Shown one piece after another: positions 25,680 to 37,500 of a DNA stretch of 64,000 nucleotides. The notes under the pieces were generated by a model that saw only the letters and a list, made by a program, of their open reading frames with translations, ran no database searches and was not told the origin of the DNA. Within the stretch, counting starts at the first letter, position 1, and each line of letters opens with the position of its first letter. Source of the DNA: Eledone cirrhosa. Lineage: Eukaryota. The stretch is from NCBI GenBank assembly GCA_964016885.1, contig CAXHJY010001640.1:20001-84000 (forward strand), read 5' to 3'. The translations under genes were made by a program, and so were the position numbers.

Positions 25680-26900
25680 CTTCTAGGTAGTCACTTTAAT
25701 TGCTAGGAACAACAGTTAAATGCTCGTCAGTTACACTTTAATTATCTTAATAGTGAGAGATGGGTGGGAGTGAGAGAGACGGGGGAAATGAGTTAGTACT
25801 TAGATGGATGACCGCTTGAGAAACCTAGGTGCTGTAAGCATCTCCTACTAAATTTTCTTTCTTTTTTTTTCTTTTGTTACATTCCGGTGTGGGTTTTAAA
25901 GTCTTCAAGGAAGCTTGATCTCCTGCATTATCTTAAAAACAATAACAAAAACAAAAAACAGGACGCAGTGAGTAATGCAGTTCTACAAAAACACGATGGT
26001 CAAGGCTAGAGTGTATTTTTATAAAAGATCTGCTCGGACGAAGCAGCAACAGGGAGCTTCTATGTGGTTTCACCATTTGCTAGAAATATTAGCAAAATTC
26101 TAACTCAAATCACACATAGTCAGCTGTGTTCCGGGTTCGATCCCTATGCGTGGCATCTTGGGCTAGTGTCATTTACCATAGCCTCAGGTCAACCCATGCC
26201 TTTTGAGTGGAACCGAGTAGATGGAAATTGTTTGGAAGCTTGTGGGATGGACTGTATCTGTAATTCAAAAGCCTTGTTACACACTGTGTCACGCGAAATC
26301 TCCCTGAGAATTACATTAAGGATACACGTGTCTGTTGAATGTTCTGCCAATCATATTTTAATTTTCCGAGCAGGCTGTTCCGTTGATTGAACAACTGGGA
26401 TATCGAATAGAAAGACACACTGGGTGATATATTTATAGAGACGTTAGGTCTGAAAAACTGATGAAATGCTTGCAGCTGGATTACTTTTGATCAAAGGATT
26501 ATTCAGTCGGGGCTAAACAACAACTGTATGCAGTCGCTTTAACTGTTAGAATTAGTAGATAAACCTCTCTCAAACCATAACCTCCTGTCTTAAGAAAGCA
26601 AGTAGGACCCATTGGTTAATGATGTTCTATAAAGCCTTAGATAGAATGAACATGACAGGAATGTCTTTGATCATTGGTCGGCTCAGTCAACGTTGATCTG
26701 AGACTAAACAACAACACCATCTACGGAGTCACTTGACCTGCTAAAGATAGAAGCCAAATTTCGCTTAAATCACACCTCAAGGTCATAAAACTCAGACACA
26801 TTGGTAATCTATACAAAGTGTAGTCTATATTAAGAAGGCATAGTGATTACTGTGAAAAGTCAGCACGTTCAAGATAAGCAACAATAACAGCAACAACGCT
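25680..26900 (+). mobile_element. Cluster of decayed family C repeats with (AAC)n tails, including a family B SINE at 26120-26400
   Basis: Repeated GTCACTT..TGCTAG/AAAT..CAAAT..CACA and G(G/A)CTAAACAACAAC; B-box GGTTCGATCCC at 26134. Confidence 0.55.
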
Positions 26901-27219
26901 TTCAAGAAGACAAATATACCAGACACAAAGAAAAAACAATGTTTGTGCGATCCCTTCTAGTCTATTTTAACCCTTTCTCATTTCTTATTATCGCTTCCAC
27001 GAGCCAATACACTTCTAGCTACTGATTTCTATCCTTTGAGGTAAATTTTGCCCGACGCGGCCATTGACGGCATTTTGCTGTTTTAACAGCTTGCTTGCGC
27101 TGAGTTCTTCCAATTACTCTATGAATTCTAACACACTCGCGTTTCAAACTCGATATTCCAGGTACATTTGTTTAAAAGTATTATTATTTACTCACAATAC
27201 CCCCAAAATATTGACAGCG

Positions 27220-27390
27220 ATGACGATGGGATTCCATCGGTTTCAACAATGAGTGCTCACGCTGGTCAATCAACAAAACAGCCTACACGAAATTAACGAG
27301 TAAATGGCAAAGCATTCCACAGACACGTGTACACTAAACACAATTCTTAGGGAGATTCAGTATGACAAAGTGTGCTTCAAGGCTGGTTCT
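27220..27390 (-). mobile_element. SINE family B fragment
   Basis: Matches 4180-4330 (CACAGACACGTGTA, GAAATTAACG, GAGATTC). Confidence 0.55.
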
Positions 27391-28399
27391 ATCACAGGTA
27401 ATGCTATGTATGTACAAATGAGATACATTTCGTTATTGTGAATGTAGTCGTTTTTATTTTTTGTACTACGTGTGTAGGGATATGAGCATGTTGGAGTGCT
27501 GTATATTCTGTTAGTGGTGGGTGTGTCTGTGTGTATTGTCAGTTTGTGTGTCTTGGTGTATGTATGTCTGTGCGCCTGGAGGTACTATGAGTGTGTGGGG
27601 GTCGGTCTATGTGTGTGTGTTTTGTGTATTGCTAATCGGAGTGTGTGTGTGTCTGCGTGTGTGTGTGTGTGTGTGTGTCTGCGTGTGTGTGTGTCTGTGT
27701 ATATGTCTCTCTGTTAGTGTGTGTCTATGTGAGTATATGAGATTGTGCTTGTATATGAATGTGTACCGGTGTGTATGTCAGTGAATTTGTGTGCACGAGT
27801 TTGTACGTGTGTATGTGTGTCTATCTGCATCTGTGGTCCGTGAGAAGAGATATCCAAAGCGTGTCTTCCGAAGTTTCTGTTGTTGGATTTCGGCAAGGCT
27901 ATATACCAGTGCTGAAAAACGTGCTTCTTTGAGAGATCGTCATTAGTTAGGAAGCTATTTGACAGTTGATGTTGACAAGTAGATGGATAACCTTTTTATG
28001 ACCACATTTCTAATGAAATACAATCTATTTTAATTAATAATTTTGAAGGATTTACTAAAATTATCAATAATTTCATTACTAAGATAGTAACTTAATGTGA
28101 GGTTGGTATGTAAAATTATGTTGGACAATTTTAATTTGAATTGGAAATCTTTAAAATGGGTGGTTTTTACATAGCAAGAAAACGGAAGAGGGGAAAAAGG
28201 AAAAAGATAAAATAAATTAAGCAATGAAAGAAAGGGAAAGGGGGAGCAACAGATTCGACACCCCATGAGATATACGTGTGTGTGATTTGGTTATATTCTT
28301 GTGTATGTGTAGGGGAGGGGAGTTTCACTCCTTGACTGTATTCGTGTGTATTGCCAATGTGTGTGTGAGTGTGTGTTTGTATGTGCGTGTGTATGAATG

Positions 28400-28585
28400 T
28401 GTGTCTGCCGGGTCTACGTGTGTGTGTTTGTATGTGTGTGTGTATGGATGTGCGCTTGTCGTGTCTACGTGTCTGTGTATGGATGTGTATCTGTCGTGTC
28501 TACGTGTGTATGTATTGTATGTATGTGTGTGTATGGATGTGTGCTTGTCGTGTCTACGTGTGGGTGTGTTTGTATGTGTGTCTAC
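28400..28585 (+). repeat. Degenerate units of the 31501-43486 satellite
   Basis: GTATGGATGTGTATCTGTCGTGTCTACGTGTGT at 28477-28509 plus diverged GTGTCTACGTG neighbours. Confidence 0.8.
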
Positions 28586-28623
28586 TTCGATTTATGTGTG
28601 TTTATTGGTTTTATTTGTATGTA

Positions 28624-29493
28624 GGCGGTGGATTGGCAGTATCGATAGAGGGTCGGACGCCATGCTTTGAAGCATAGAGTTACGGCCCTTTATGATCTGA
28701 GTTCAAATCCCGCCGAGGTTAACTTTGCCTTTCATCCTTACGGGGTCGATAAAATAAAGTGCCAGTCACGCAGGTTATCTTTGCCTTTCATCCTTTGTGA
28801 AGGCGCATGGCTTAGTGGTTAAAGCATTGGGCTTGCAATCGAAAGGTTGTGAGTTCGATTCTTGGACCGGGTGATGTGTTGTGTCCTTGAGCAAGACACT
28901 TTATTTCACGTTGCTCCAGTTTACTCAGCTGTAGAAATGGGTGGCAGTAGTTCCAGCTGCACACATCGAAAGACTGGTGTAGTGGTTCTGAGAACAATGA
29001 GGCTTTGCAGATGATCAATGCGCATTGACAATGGAAGGGTGCTCCCGCTCGAGTTAGAAGAGAACTATTGACCTTCAGGAGAAGCAGCGACCCCTGATTG
29101 TATTCAGCAACCGAAACAAATATGTAGTACACCAAATCCAATGCTCCTAGGGGCGGCCCTGGTTCTTCTTATTTGCGAGTGTAAACTCGGCCAGATTAGA
29201 TTAGATTCATCCTTACGGGGTCGATAAAATAGAGTACCAGTAATGTATTGGTGTCGATTTAATCGACTTTCCCTTCCCTCAAAATTGTTTGTGCCTATAG
29301 TAAAAAGTGGATTGAAAGTATCGGTAGAGGATCGGACGCCATGCTTTGACGCATAGAGTTACGGCCCTTGCCATTCTGAGTTCAAATCCCGCCGAGGTTA
29401 ACTTTGCCTTTCATCCTTACGGGGTCGATAAAATAAAGTACCAGTAATGTACTGGGATAATTGCTGGCCTTGTGCCAAAAAATAGAAACAATT
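28624..29493 (+). mobile_element. Tandem cluster of OR-type SINEs (28624-28770, 28773-29305 interrupted, 29308-29493)
   Basis: Three TTTGCCTTTCATCCTT(ACGGGGTCGATAAAATA) blocks. Confidence 0.8.
28796..29205 (+). mobile_element. Full-length tRNA-derived SINE with CORE/Meta-like centre, (AGATT)n tail and 9 bp TSD
   Basis: A-box TGGCTTAGTGG, B-box GTTCGATTC, TGTGTCCTTGAGCAAGACACTT; TSD TTCATCCTT at 28787-28795 and 29206-29214. Confidence 0.85.
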
Positions 29494-29826
29494 ATCTGTT
29501 TGTATGTGTGTGTAGGTATGTGTCGATGTAGTGTATATTTAGTTCCTGGTAGCGTGTGTGTTTCATGTATTATCAGTGTGTATGTGTGCGTGTGTGAGTG
29601 TGTATGCACGCGCACATATTGTTCTGTCTACGTATGTGCTTTATGTGTATTGCCAATGGGAGTGTGTGTCTGTATGTGTGTGTGGTATGTGCGCGCGTGT
29701 AGGTGAGTGTCTTTTGGGTTGCGTGTGCGTGTTGAGGTAACTTCATATGTGTGATTGTATGTGTACCAATTTGGATGTGTATGTGTCCACGTGTATACAT
29801 GTATATATGTATATAAATATATGTAT

Positions 29827-30498
29827 ATAAACGGAAAAAATGAAACGATATTTCATTTCCCACTCTTAGTACGGCTGTTACTTAAATATAAGTATGTATA
29901 CGTACATACATATATGTATACCGACGTACAGTAGTATGTATATATATATATACATATATGTATATATATATATACATACATGCACACATATATATATGCA
30001 CGTATGGATTCACCGAACATTTATTATAATGCTCGGTGTGTTTGTAAACAAACATCCCGTATTAAGCCGTAGTGTCTAGCAACCACCGTTGCTCGTTTGT
30101 TCAACACTGACAAAGAAACGCTGTACTAGTTTCAAGCTTGTTAGCTATCGTCAGCAACGTATACCTTCCTGCCAGATTGTTGAACGTATATACTTACCTT
30201 ATGCATATTAACGGCTGAGTAGCCCAATTTGCATATCGAGTGGGTTAATCGGCCGGGTGCACCGAAAACGATAAACGGAAAAAATGAAACGATATTTCAT
30301 TTCCCACTCTTAGTACGGCTGTTACTTAAATATAAATATGTACACGTACATACATATATGTATACCGACGTACAGTAGTATGTATATATATATATACATA
30401 CATGCACACATATATATATGCACGTATGGATTCACCGAACATTTATTATAATGCTCGGTGTGTTTGTAAACAAACATCCCGTATTAAGCCGTAGTGTC
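29827..30498 (-). mobile_element. Non-coding ~1.5-mer tandem element with hammerhead (pLTR/retrozyme-like)
   Basis: 29827-30078 repeated at 30271-30498; hammerhead between; flanked by TA-rich repeats. Confidence 0.75.
30118..30160 (-). ncRNA. Minimal type I hammerhead ribozyme
   Basis: Minus: ACGTTG-CTGACGA-tAGCTaacaAGCTt-GAAAC-ta-GTA-CAGCGT; palindromic ACTAGT stem III. Confidence 0.8.
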
Positions 30499-30875
30499 TA
30501 TATATGTATATTTATATATGTCTATATATATATATGTGTCTATATATGTATATATGTCTATATATGTATATATATATGTATATATTCAATTTTTTCAATA
30601 ATGTCACTGAGATATATATATATATATGTGGGGGGGGGGGCGTTTGTGTAGGGGTGGGAGTTGTAAGCAGAAACGTAAACACACACACACACATGCATGC
30701 CCTCTAACTTACATGTTTACATCGCAAATTTTCAAACCTAGAATGTTTTGGCGTGTGTATGTGTAGTCATTTGTGTATGTATATGTATGTTTGCATATAT
30801 ATATATTCCCTCGCGTGTTTGTGGCTATGCATATGCGTGTATGCGTATGGTTTTCTGTGGTGGTGGTGGCGTGTG

Positions 30876-30941
<66 letters not shown>

Positions 30942-30946
30942 TGTGT

Positions 30947-31002
<56 letters not shown>

Positions 31003-31029
31003 ATGAATTTGAACAAAAGTTCTAAAGTT

Positions 31030-31500
31030 CGCTTCGCAATCATTAGGTCCCGGGTTACATCCCATTATCTCGAACCTTGGGCAAGTGACATTTACTATAG
31101 CCTCGGGTTGACCCATGCCTTGTGAAGGAAAATGGGTTGACTAGATCTGCCAACCTCTAAAAACTCAAACGGGGAGTACCATGAAAAAAGTGCTCTAAAA
31201 CGGGGAGGAATGAGGCAAAATGGGGAGATTCTGCATAATGATTGCGACACTCATTTACACAAGAGAGGACATCTCTCACCCACTCCAAAGTGGGTGGGAG
31301 TTCTCCCCGTCGGACGGGGAAAGGTGACAGGTCTGGGGTAGAAGGAAACTGTTTGGAAGCCCGTCAGATTGACTAGCGTGCTTGTAATTCAAAGGACCAG
31401 CTTTCTCACACACTGAGAATAACGATATTGATGTGCCTGTGGAATGCTCAGCCACTTACACGTTAACTTCATGAGCAGGCTATTCAGTTGATCGAATAAC
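31030..31500 (+). mobile_element. Family B SINE interrupted by a MITE and by the satellite
   Basis: CCTTGGGCAAGTG..ACTATAGCCTCGGG..CCCATGCCTTGTGA, then GGAAACTG..GGAAGCCCG..GAGCAGGCTATTCAGTTGATCG. Confidence 0.7.
31142..31335. mobile_element. Probable hAT-type MITE
   Basis: Imperfect TIRs TAGATCTGCCAACCT / AGGTGACAGGTCTG; 8 bp flanks GGGTTGAC / GGGTAGAA; subterminal ACGGGGA repeats; absent from other family B copies. Confidence 0.55.
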
Positions 31501-34500
31501 GTGTGTGTGTATGGATGTGTATCTGTCGTGTCTACGTGTGTGTGTATTATATGTGTGTGTGTATGGATGTGTATCTGTCGTGTCTACGTGTGTGTGTATT
31601 ATATGTGTGTGTGTATGGATGTGTATCTGTCGTGTCTACGTGTGTGTGTATTATATGTGTGTGTGTATGGATGTGTATCTGTCGTGTCTACGTGTGTGTG
31701 TATTATGTGTGTGTCTGTGTATGGATGTGTATCTGTCGTGTCTACGTGTGTGTGTATTATATGTCTGTGTGTGTATGGATGTGTATCTGTCGTGTCAACG
31801 TGTGTGTGTATTTTATGTGGGTGTGTATCTGTCGTGTCTACATGTGTGTGTATTATATGTGTGTGTGTATGGATGTGTATCTGTCGTGTCTACGTGTGTG
31901 TGTATTATATGTGTGTGTGTATGGATGTGTATCTGTCGTGTCTACGTGTGTGTGTATTATGTGTGTGTCTGTGTATGGATGTGTATCTGTCGTGTCTACG
32001 TGTGTGTGTATTATATGTCTGTGTGTGTATGGATGTGTATCTGTCGTGTCTACGTGTGTGTGTATTATATGTGTGTGTGTATGGGTGTGTATCTGTCGTG
32101 TCTACGTGTGTGTGTATTATATGTCTGTGTCTGTATGGATGTGTATCTGTCGTGTCTACGTGTGTGTGTATTTTATGTGTGTGTGTATGGGTGTGTATCT
32201 GTCGTGTCTACATGTGTGTGTATTATATGTGTGTGTGTATGGATGTGTATCTGTCGTGTCTACGTGTGTGTGTATTATATGTGTGTGTGTATGGATGTGT
32301 ATCTGTCGTGTCTACGTGTGTGTGTATTATGTGTGTGTGTGTGTATGGGTGTGTATCTGTCGTGTCTACGTGTGTGTGTATTATATGTCTGTGTGTGTAT
32401 GGATGTGTATCTGTCGTGTCTACGTGTGTGTGTATTATGTGTGTGTCTGTGTATGGATGTGTATCTGTCGTGTCTACGTGTGTGTGTATTATATGTCTGT
32501 GTGTGTATGGATGTGTATCTGTCGTGTCTACGTGTGTGTGTATTATATGTCTGTGTGTGTATGGATGTGTATCTGTCGTGTCTACGTGTGTGTGTATTAT
32601 ATATGTGTGTGTGTATGGGTGTGTATCTGTCGTGTCCACGTGTGTGTGTATTATATGTGTGTGTGTATGGGTGTGTATCTGTCGTGTCTACGTGTGTGTG
32701 TATTATATGTGTGTGTGTGTGGATGTGTATCTGTCGTGTCTGTGTGTGTGTATTATATATGTGTGTGTGTATGGGTGTGTATCTGCCGTGTCCACCTGTG
32801 TGTGTATTATATGTGTGTGTGTGTGTATGGGTGTGTATCTGTCGTGTCTACGAGTGTGTGTAGTATATGTGTGTGTGTGTATGGATGTGTACCTGTCGTG
32901 TCTATGTGTGTGTGTATTATATGTGTGTGTGTATGGATGTGTATCTGCCGTGTCTACGTGTGTGTGTATTATGTGTGTGTGTGTGTGTGTGTGTATAGGT
33001 GTGTATATGTCGTGTCTACGTGTGTGTGTATTATGTGTGTGTGTGTGTATGGATGTGTATCTGTCGTGTCTACGTGTGTGTGTATGGGTGTGTATCTGTC
33101 GTGTCTACGTGTGTGTGTATTATATGTGTGTGTGTATGGGTGTGTATCTGTCGTGTCTATGTGTGTGTGTATTATGTGTGTGTGTGTGTATGGGTGTGTA
33201 TCTGTCGTGTCTACGTGTGTGTGTATTATATGTGTGTGTGTGTATGGGTGTGTATCTGTCGTGTCTACGTGTGTGTGTATTATATGTGTGTGTGTATGGA
33301 TGTGTATCTGTCGTGTCTACGTGTGTGTGTATTATATGTCTGTGTGTGTATGGGTGTGTATCTGTCGTGTCTACGTGTGTGTGTATTATATGTGTGTGTG
33401 TATGGATGTGTATCTGCCGTGTCTACGTGTGTGTGTATTATATGTGTGTGTGTGTATGGATGTGTATCTGTCGTGTCTACGTGTGTGTGTATTATGTGTG
33501 TGTGTGTGTGTGTATGGGTGTGTATCTGTCGTGTCTACGTGTGTGTGTATTATATGTGTGTGTGTGTGTGTGGATGTGTATCTGTCATGTCTACGTATGT
33601 GTGTATTATATGTGTGTGTGTGTGTATGGATGTGTATCTGTCGTGTGTACGTGTGTGTGTATTATATATGTGTGTGTGTATGGATGTGTATCTGTCGTGT
33701 CTACGTGTGTGTGTATTATATGTGTGTGTGTATGGATGTGTATCTGTCGTGTCTATGTGTGTGTGTATTATGTGTGTGTGTGTGTGTATGGGTGTGTATC
33801 TGTCGTGTCTACGTGTGTGTGTATTATATGAGTGTGTGTGTATGGGTGTGTATCTGTCGTGCCTACGTGTGTGTGTATTATATGTGTGTGTGTGTATGGA
33901 TGTGTATCTGTCGTGTCTACGTGTGTGTGTATTATATGTGTGTGTGTGTGTATGGATGTGTATCTGTCGTGTCTACATGTGTGTGTGTATAGATGTGTAT
34001 CTGTCGTGTCTACGTGTGTGTGTATTATATGTCTGTGTGTGTATGGATGTGTATCTGTCGTGTCTATGTGTGTGTGTATTATATGTGTGTGTGTGTATGG
34101 ATGTGTATCTGTCGTGTCTACGTGTGTGTGTATTATATGTGTGTGTGTATAGATGTGTATCTGTCGTGTCTATGTGTGTGTGTATTATATATGTGTGTGT
34201 ATGGGTGTGTATCTGTCATGTCTACGTGTGTGTCTATTATATGTGTGTGTGTATGGATGTGTATCTGTCATGTCTACGTGTGTGTGTATTATATGTGTGT
34301 GTGTGTATGGATGTGTATCTGTTGTGTCTACGTGTGTGTGTATTATATGTCTGTGTGTGTATGGGTGTGTATCTGTCGTGTCTACGTGTGTGTGTATTAT
34401 ATGTGTGTGTGTATAGATGTGTATCTGTCGTGTCTACGTGTGTGTGTATTATATGTCTGTGTGTGTATGGATGTGTATCTGTCGTGTCTACGTGTGTGTG

Positions 34501-37500
34501 TATTATATGTGTGTGTGTGTGGATGTGTATCTGTCGTGTCTACGTGTGTGTGTATTATATGTGTGTGTGTGTATGGGTGTGTATCTGTCGTGTCTACGTG
34601 TGTGTGTATTATATGTGTGTGTGTGTGCGTGTGTATGGGTGAGTATCTGTCGTGTCTACGTGTGTGTGTATTATATGTGTGTGTGTGTATGGGTGTGTAT
34701 CTGTCGTGTCTACGTGTGTGTGTATTATATGTGTGTTTGTGTATGGGTGTGTATCTGTCGTGTCTACGTGTGTGTGTATTATATGTCTGTGTGTATGGAA
34801 GTATATCTGTCGTGTCTACGTGTGTGTGTATTATATGTGTGTGTGTGTATGGATGTGTATCTGTCGTGTCTACGTGTGTGTGTATTATGTGTCTGTGTGT
34901 ATGGATGTGTATCTATCTGTCGTGTCTACATGTGTGTGTATTATATGTCTGTGTGTGTATGGATGTGTATCTGTCGTGTCTACGTGTGTGTGTATTATGT
35001 GTGTGTCTGTGTATGGATGTGTATCTGTCGTGTCTACGTGTGTGTGTATTATATGTGTGTGTGTATGGATGTGTATCTGTCGTGTCTACGTGTGTGTGTA
35101 TTATATGTCTGTGTGTGTATGGATGTGTATCTGTCGTGTCTACGTGTGTGTGTATTATATATGTGTGTGTGTATGGGTGTGTATCTGTCGTGTCCACGTG
35201 TGTGTGTATTATATGTGTGTGTGTGTATGGATGTGTACCTGTCGTGTCTATGTGTGTGTGTATTATATGTGTGTGTGTGTATATGGATGTGTACCTGTCG
35301 TGTCTACGTGTGTGTGTATTATATATGTGTGTGTGTATGGGTGTGTATCTGTCGTGTCCACGTGTGTGTGTATTATATGTGTGTGTGTGTGTGTATGGGT
35401 ATGTATCTGTCGTGTCTACGTGTGTGTGTATTATGTGTGTGTGTGTGTATGGGTGTGTATCTGTCGTGTCTACGTGTGTGTGTATTAAATGTGTGTGTGT
35501 ATGGATGTGTATCTGTTGTGTCTATGTGTGTGTGTATTATGTGTGTGTGTGTGTATGGGTGTGTATCTGTCGTGTCTACGTGTGTGTGTATTATATGTGT
35601 GTGTGTGTATGGATGTGTATCTGTCGTGTCTACGTGTGTGTGTATTATATGTGTGTGTGTGTATGGATGTGTATCTGTCGTGTCTACGTGTGTGTGTATT
35701 TTATGTGTGTGTGTGTGTGTGTGTATGGATGTGTATCTGTCGTGTCTACGTGTGTGTGTATTATATGTGTGTGTGTGCATGGGTGTGTATCTGTCGTGTC
35801 TACGTGTGTGTGTATTATATGTGTGTGTGTGTGTGTGTATGGGTGTGTATCTGTCGTGTCTAGGTGTGTGTGTATTTTATGTGTGTGTGTGTGTGTATTT
35901 TATGTGTGTGTGTGTGTGTATGGATGTGTATCTGTCGTATCTACGTGTGTGTGTATTTTATGTGTGTGTCTGTGTGTATGGATGTGTATCTGTCGTGTCT
36001 ACGTGTGTGTGTATTTTATGTGTGTGTGTGTGTGTGTATGGATGTGTATCTGTCGTGTCTACGTGTGTGTGTATTATGTGTGTGTGTGTGTGTATGGGTG
36101 TGTATCTGTCGTGTCTACGTGTGTGTGTATGGGTGTGTATCTGTCGTGTCTACGTGTGTGTGTATTATATGTGTGTGTGTGTGGATGTGTATCTGTCGTG
36201 TTTACGTGTGTGTGTATTATATGTGTGTGTGTGTATGGATGTGTATCTGTCGTGTCTACGTGTGTGTGTATTATATGTGTGTGTGTGTGGATGTGTATCT
36301 GTCGTGTCTACGTGTGTGTGTATTATATGTGTGTGTGTGTATGGATGTGTATCTGTCGTGTCTACGTGTGTGTGTATTATATGTGTGTGTGTGTATGGAT
36401 GTGTATCTGTCGTGTCTACGTGTGTGTGTATTATATGTCTGTGTGTGTATGGGTGTGTATCTGTCGTGTCTACGTGTGTGTGTATTATATGTGTGTGTGT
36501 ATAGATGTGTATCTGTCGTGTCTACGTGTGTGTGTATTATATGTCTGTGTGTGTATGGGTGTGTATTTGTCGTGTCTATGTGTGTGTGTATTATATGTGT
36601 GTGTGTATGGATGTGTATCTGTCGTGTCTACGTGTGTGTGTATTATATGTGTGTGTGTATGGATGTGTATCTGTCGTGTCTATGTGTGTGTGTATTATAT
36701 GTGTGTGTGTATGGATGTGTATCTGTCATGTCAACGTGTGTGTGTATTATATGTGTGTGTGTGTATGGGTGTGTATCGGTCGTGTCTACGTGTGTGTGTA
36801 TTATATGTGTGTGTCTGTGTGTATGGGTGTGTATCTGTCGTGTCTACGTGTGTGTGTATTATATGTGTGTGTGTGTATGGGTGTGTATCTGTCGTGTCTA
36901 CGTGTGTGTGTATTATATGTGTGTTTGTTTATGGGTGTGTATCTGTCGTGTCTACGTGTGTGTGTATTATATGTGTGTGTGTGTATGGATGTGTATCTGT
37001 CGTGTCTACGTGTGTGTGTATTTTATGTGTGTGTGTGTGTGTATGGATGTGTATCTGTCGTGTCTACGTGTGTGTGTATTATATGTCTGTGTGTATGGAA
37101 GTATATCTGTCGTGTCTACGTGTGTGTGTATTATATGTGTGTGTGTGTATGGATGTGTATCTGTCGTGTCTACATGTGTGTGTTTTATATGTCTGTGTGT
37201 GTATGGATGTGTATCTGTCGTGTCTACGTGTGTGTGTATTATGTGTGTGTCTGTGTATGGATGTGTATCTGTCGTGTCTACGTGTGTGTGTGTATGGATG
37301 TGTATCTGTCGTGTCTACGTGTGTGTGTATTATATGTCTGTGTGTGTATGGATGTGTATCTGTCGTGTCTACGTGTGTGTGTATTATATATGTGTGTGTG
37401 TATGGGTGTGTATCTGTCGTGTCCACGTGTGTGTGTATTATATGTGTGTGTGTGTGTATGGGTGTGTATCTGTCGTGTCTACGTGTGTGTGTATTATATG

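Noticed and set aside
28800-28872. tRNA gene
   Set aside because: No acceptor stem; it is the head of a SINE with TSDs
30190-30199. ATACTTACCT resembling the U1 snRNA 5' end
   Set aside because: No U1 body follows; it is just the complement of a splice-donor-like motif
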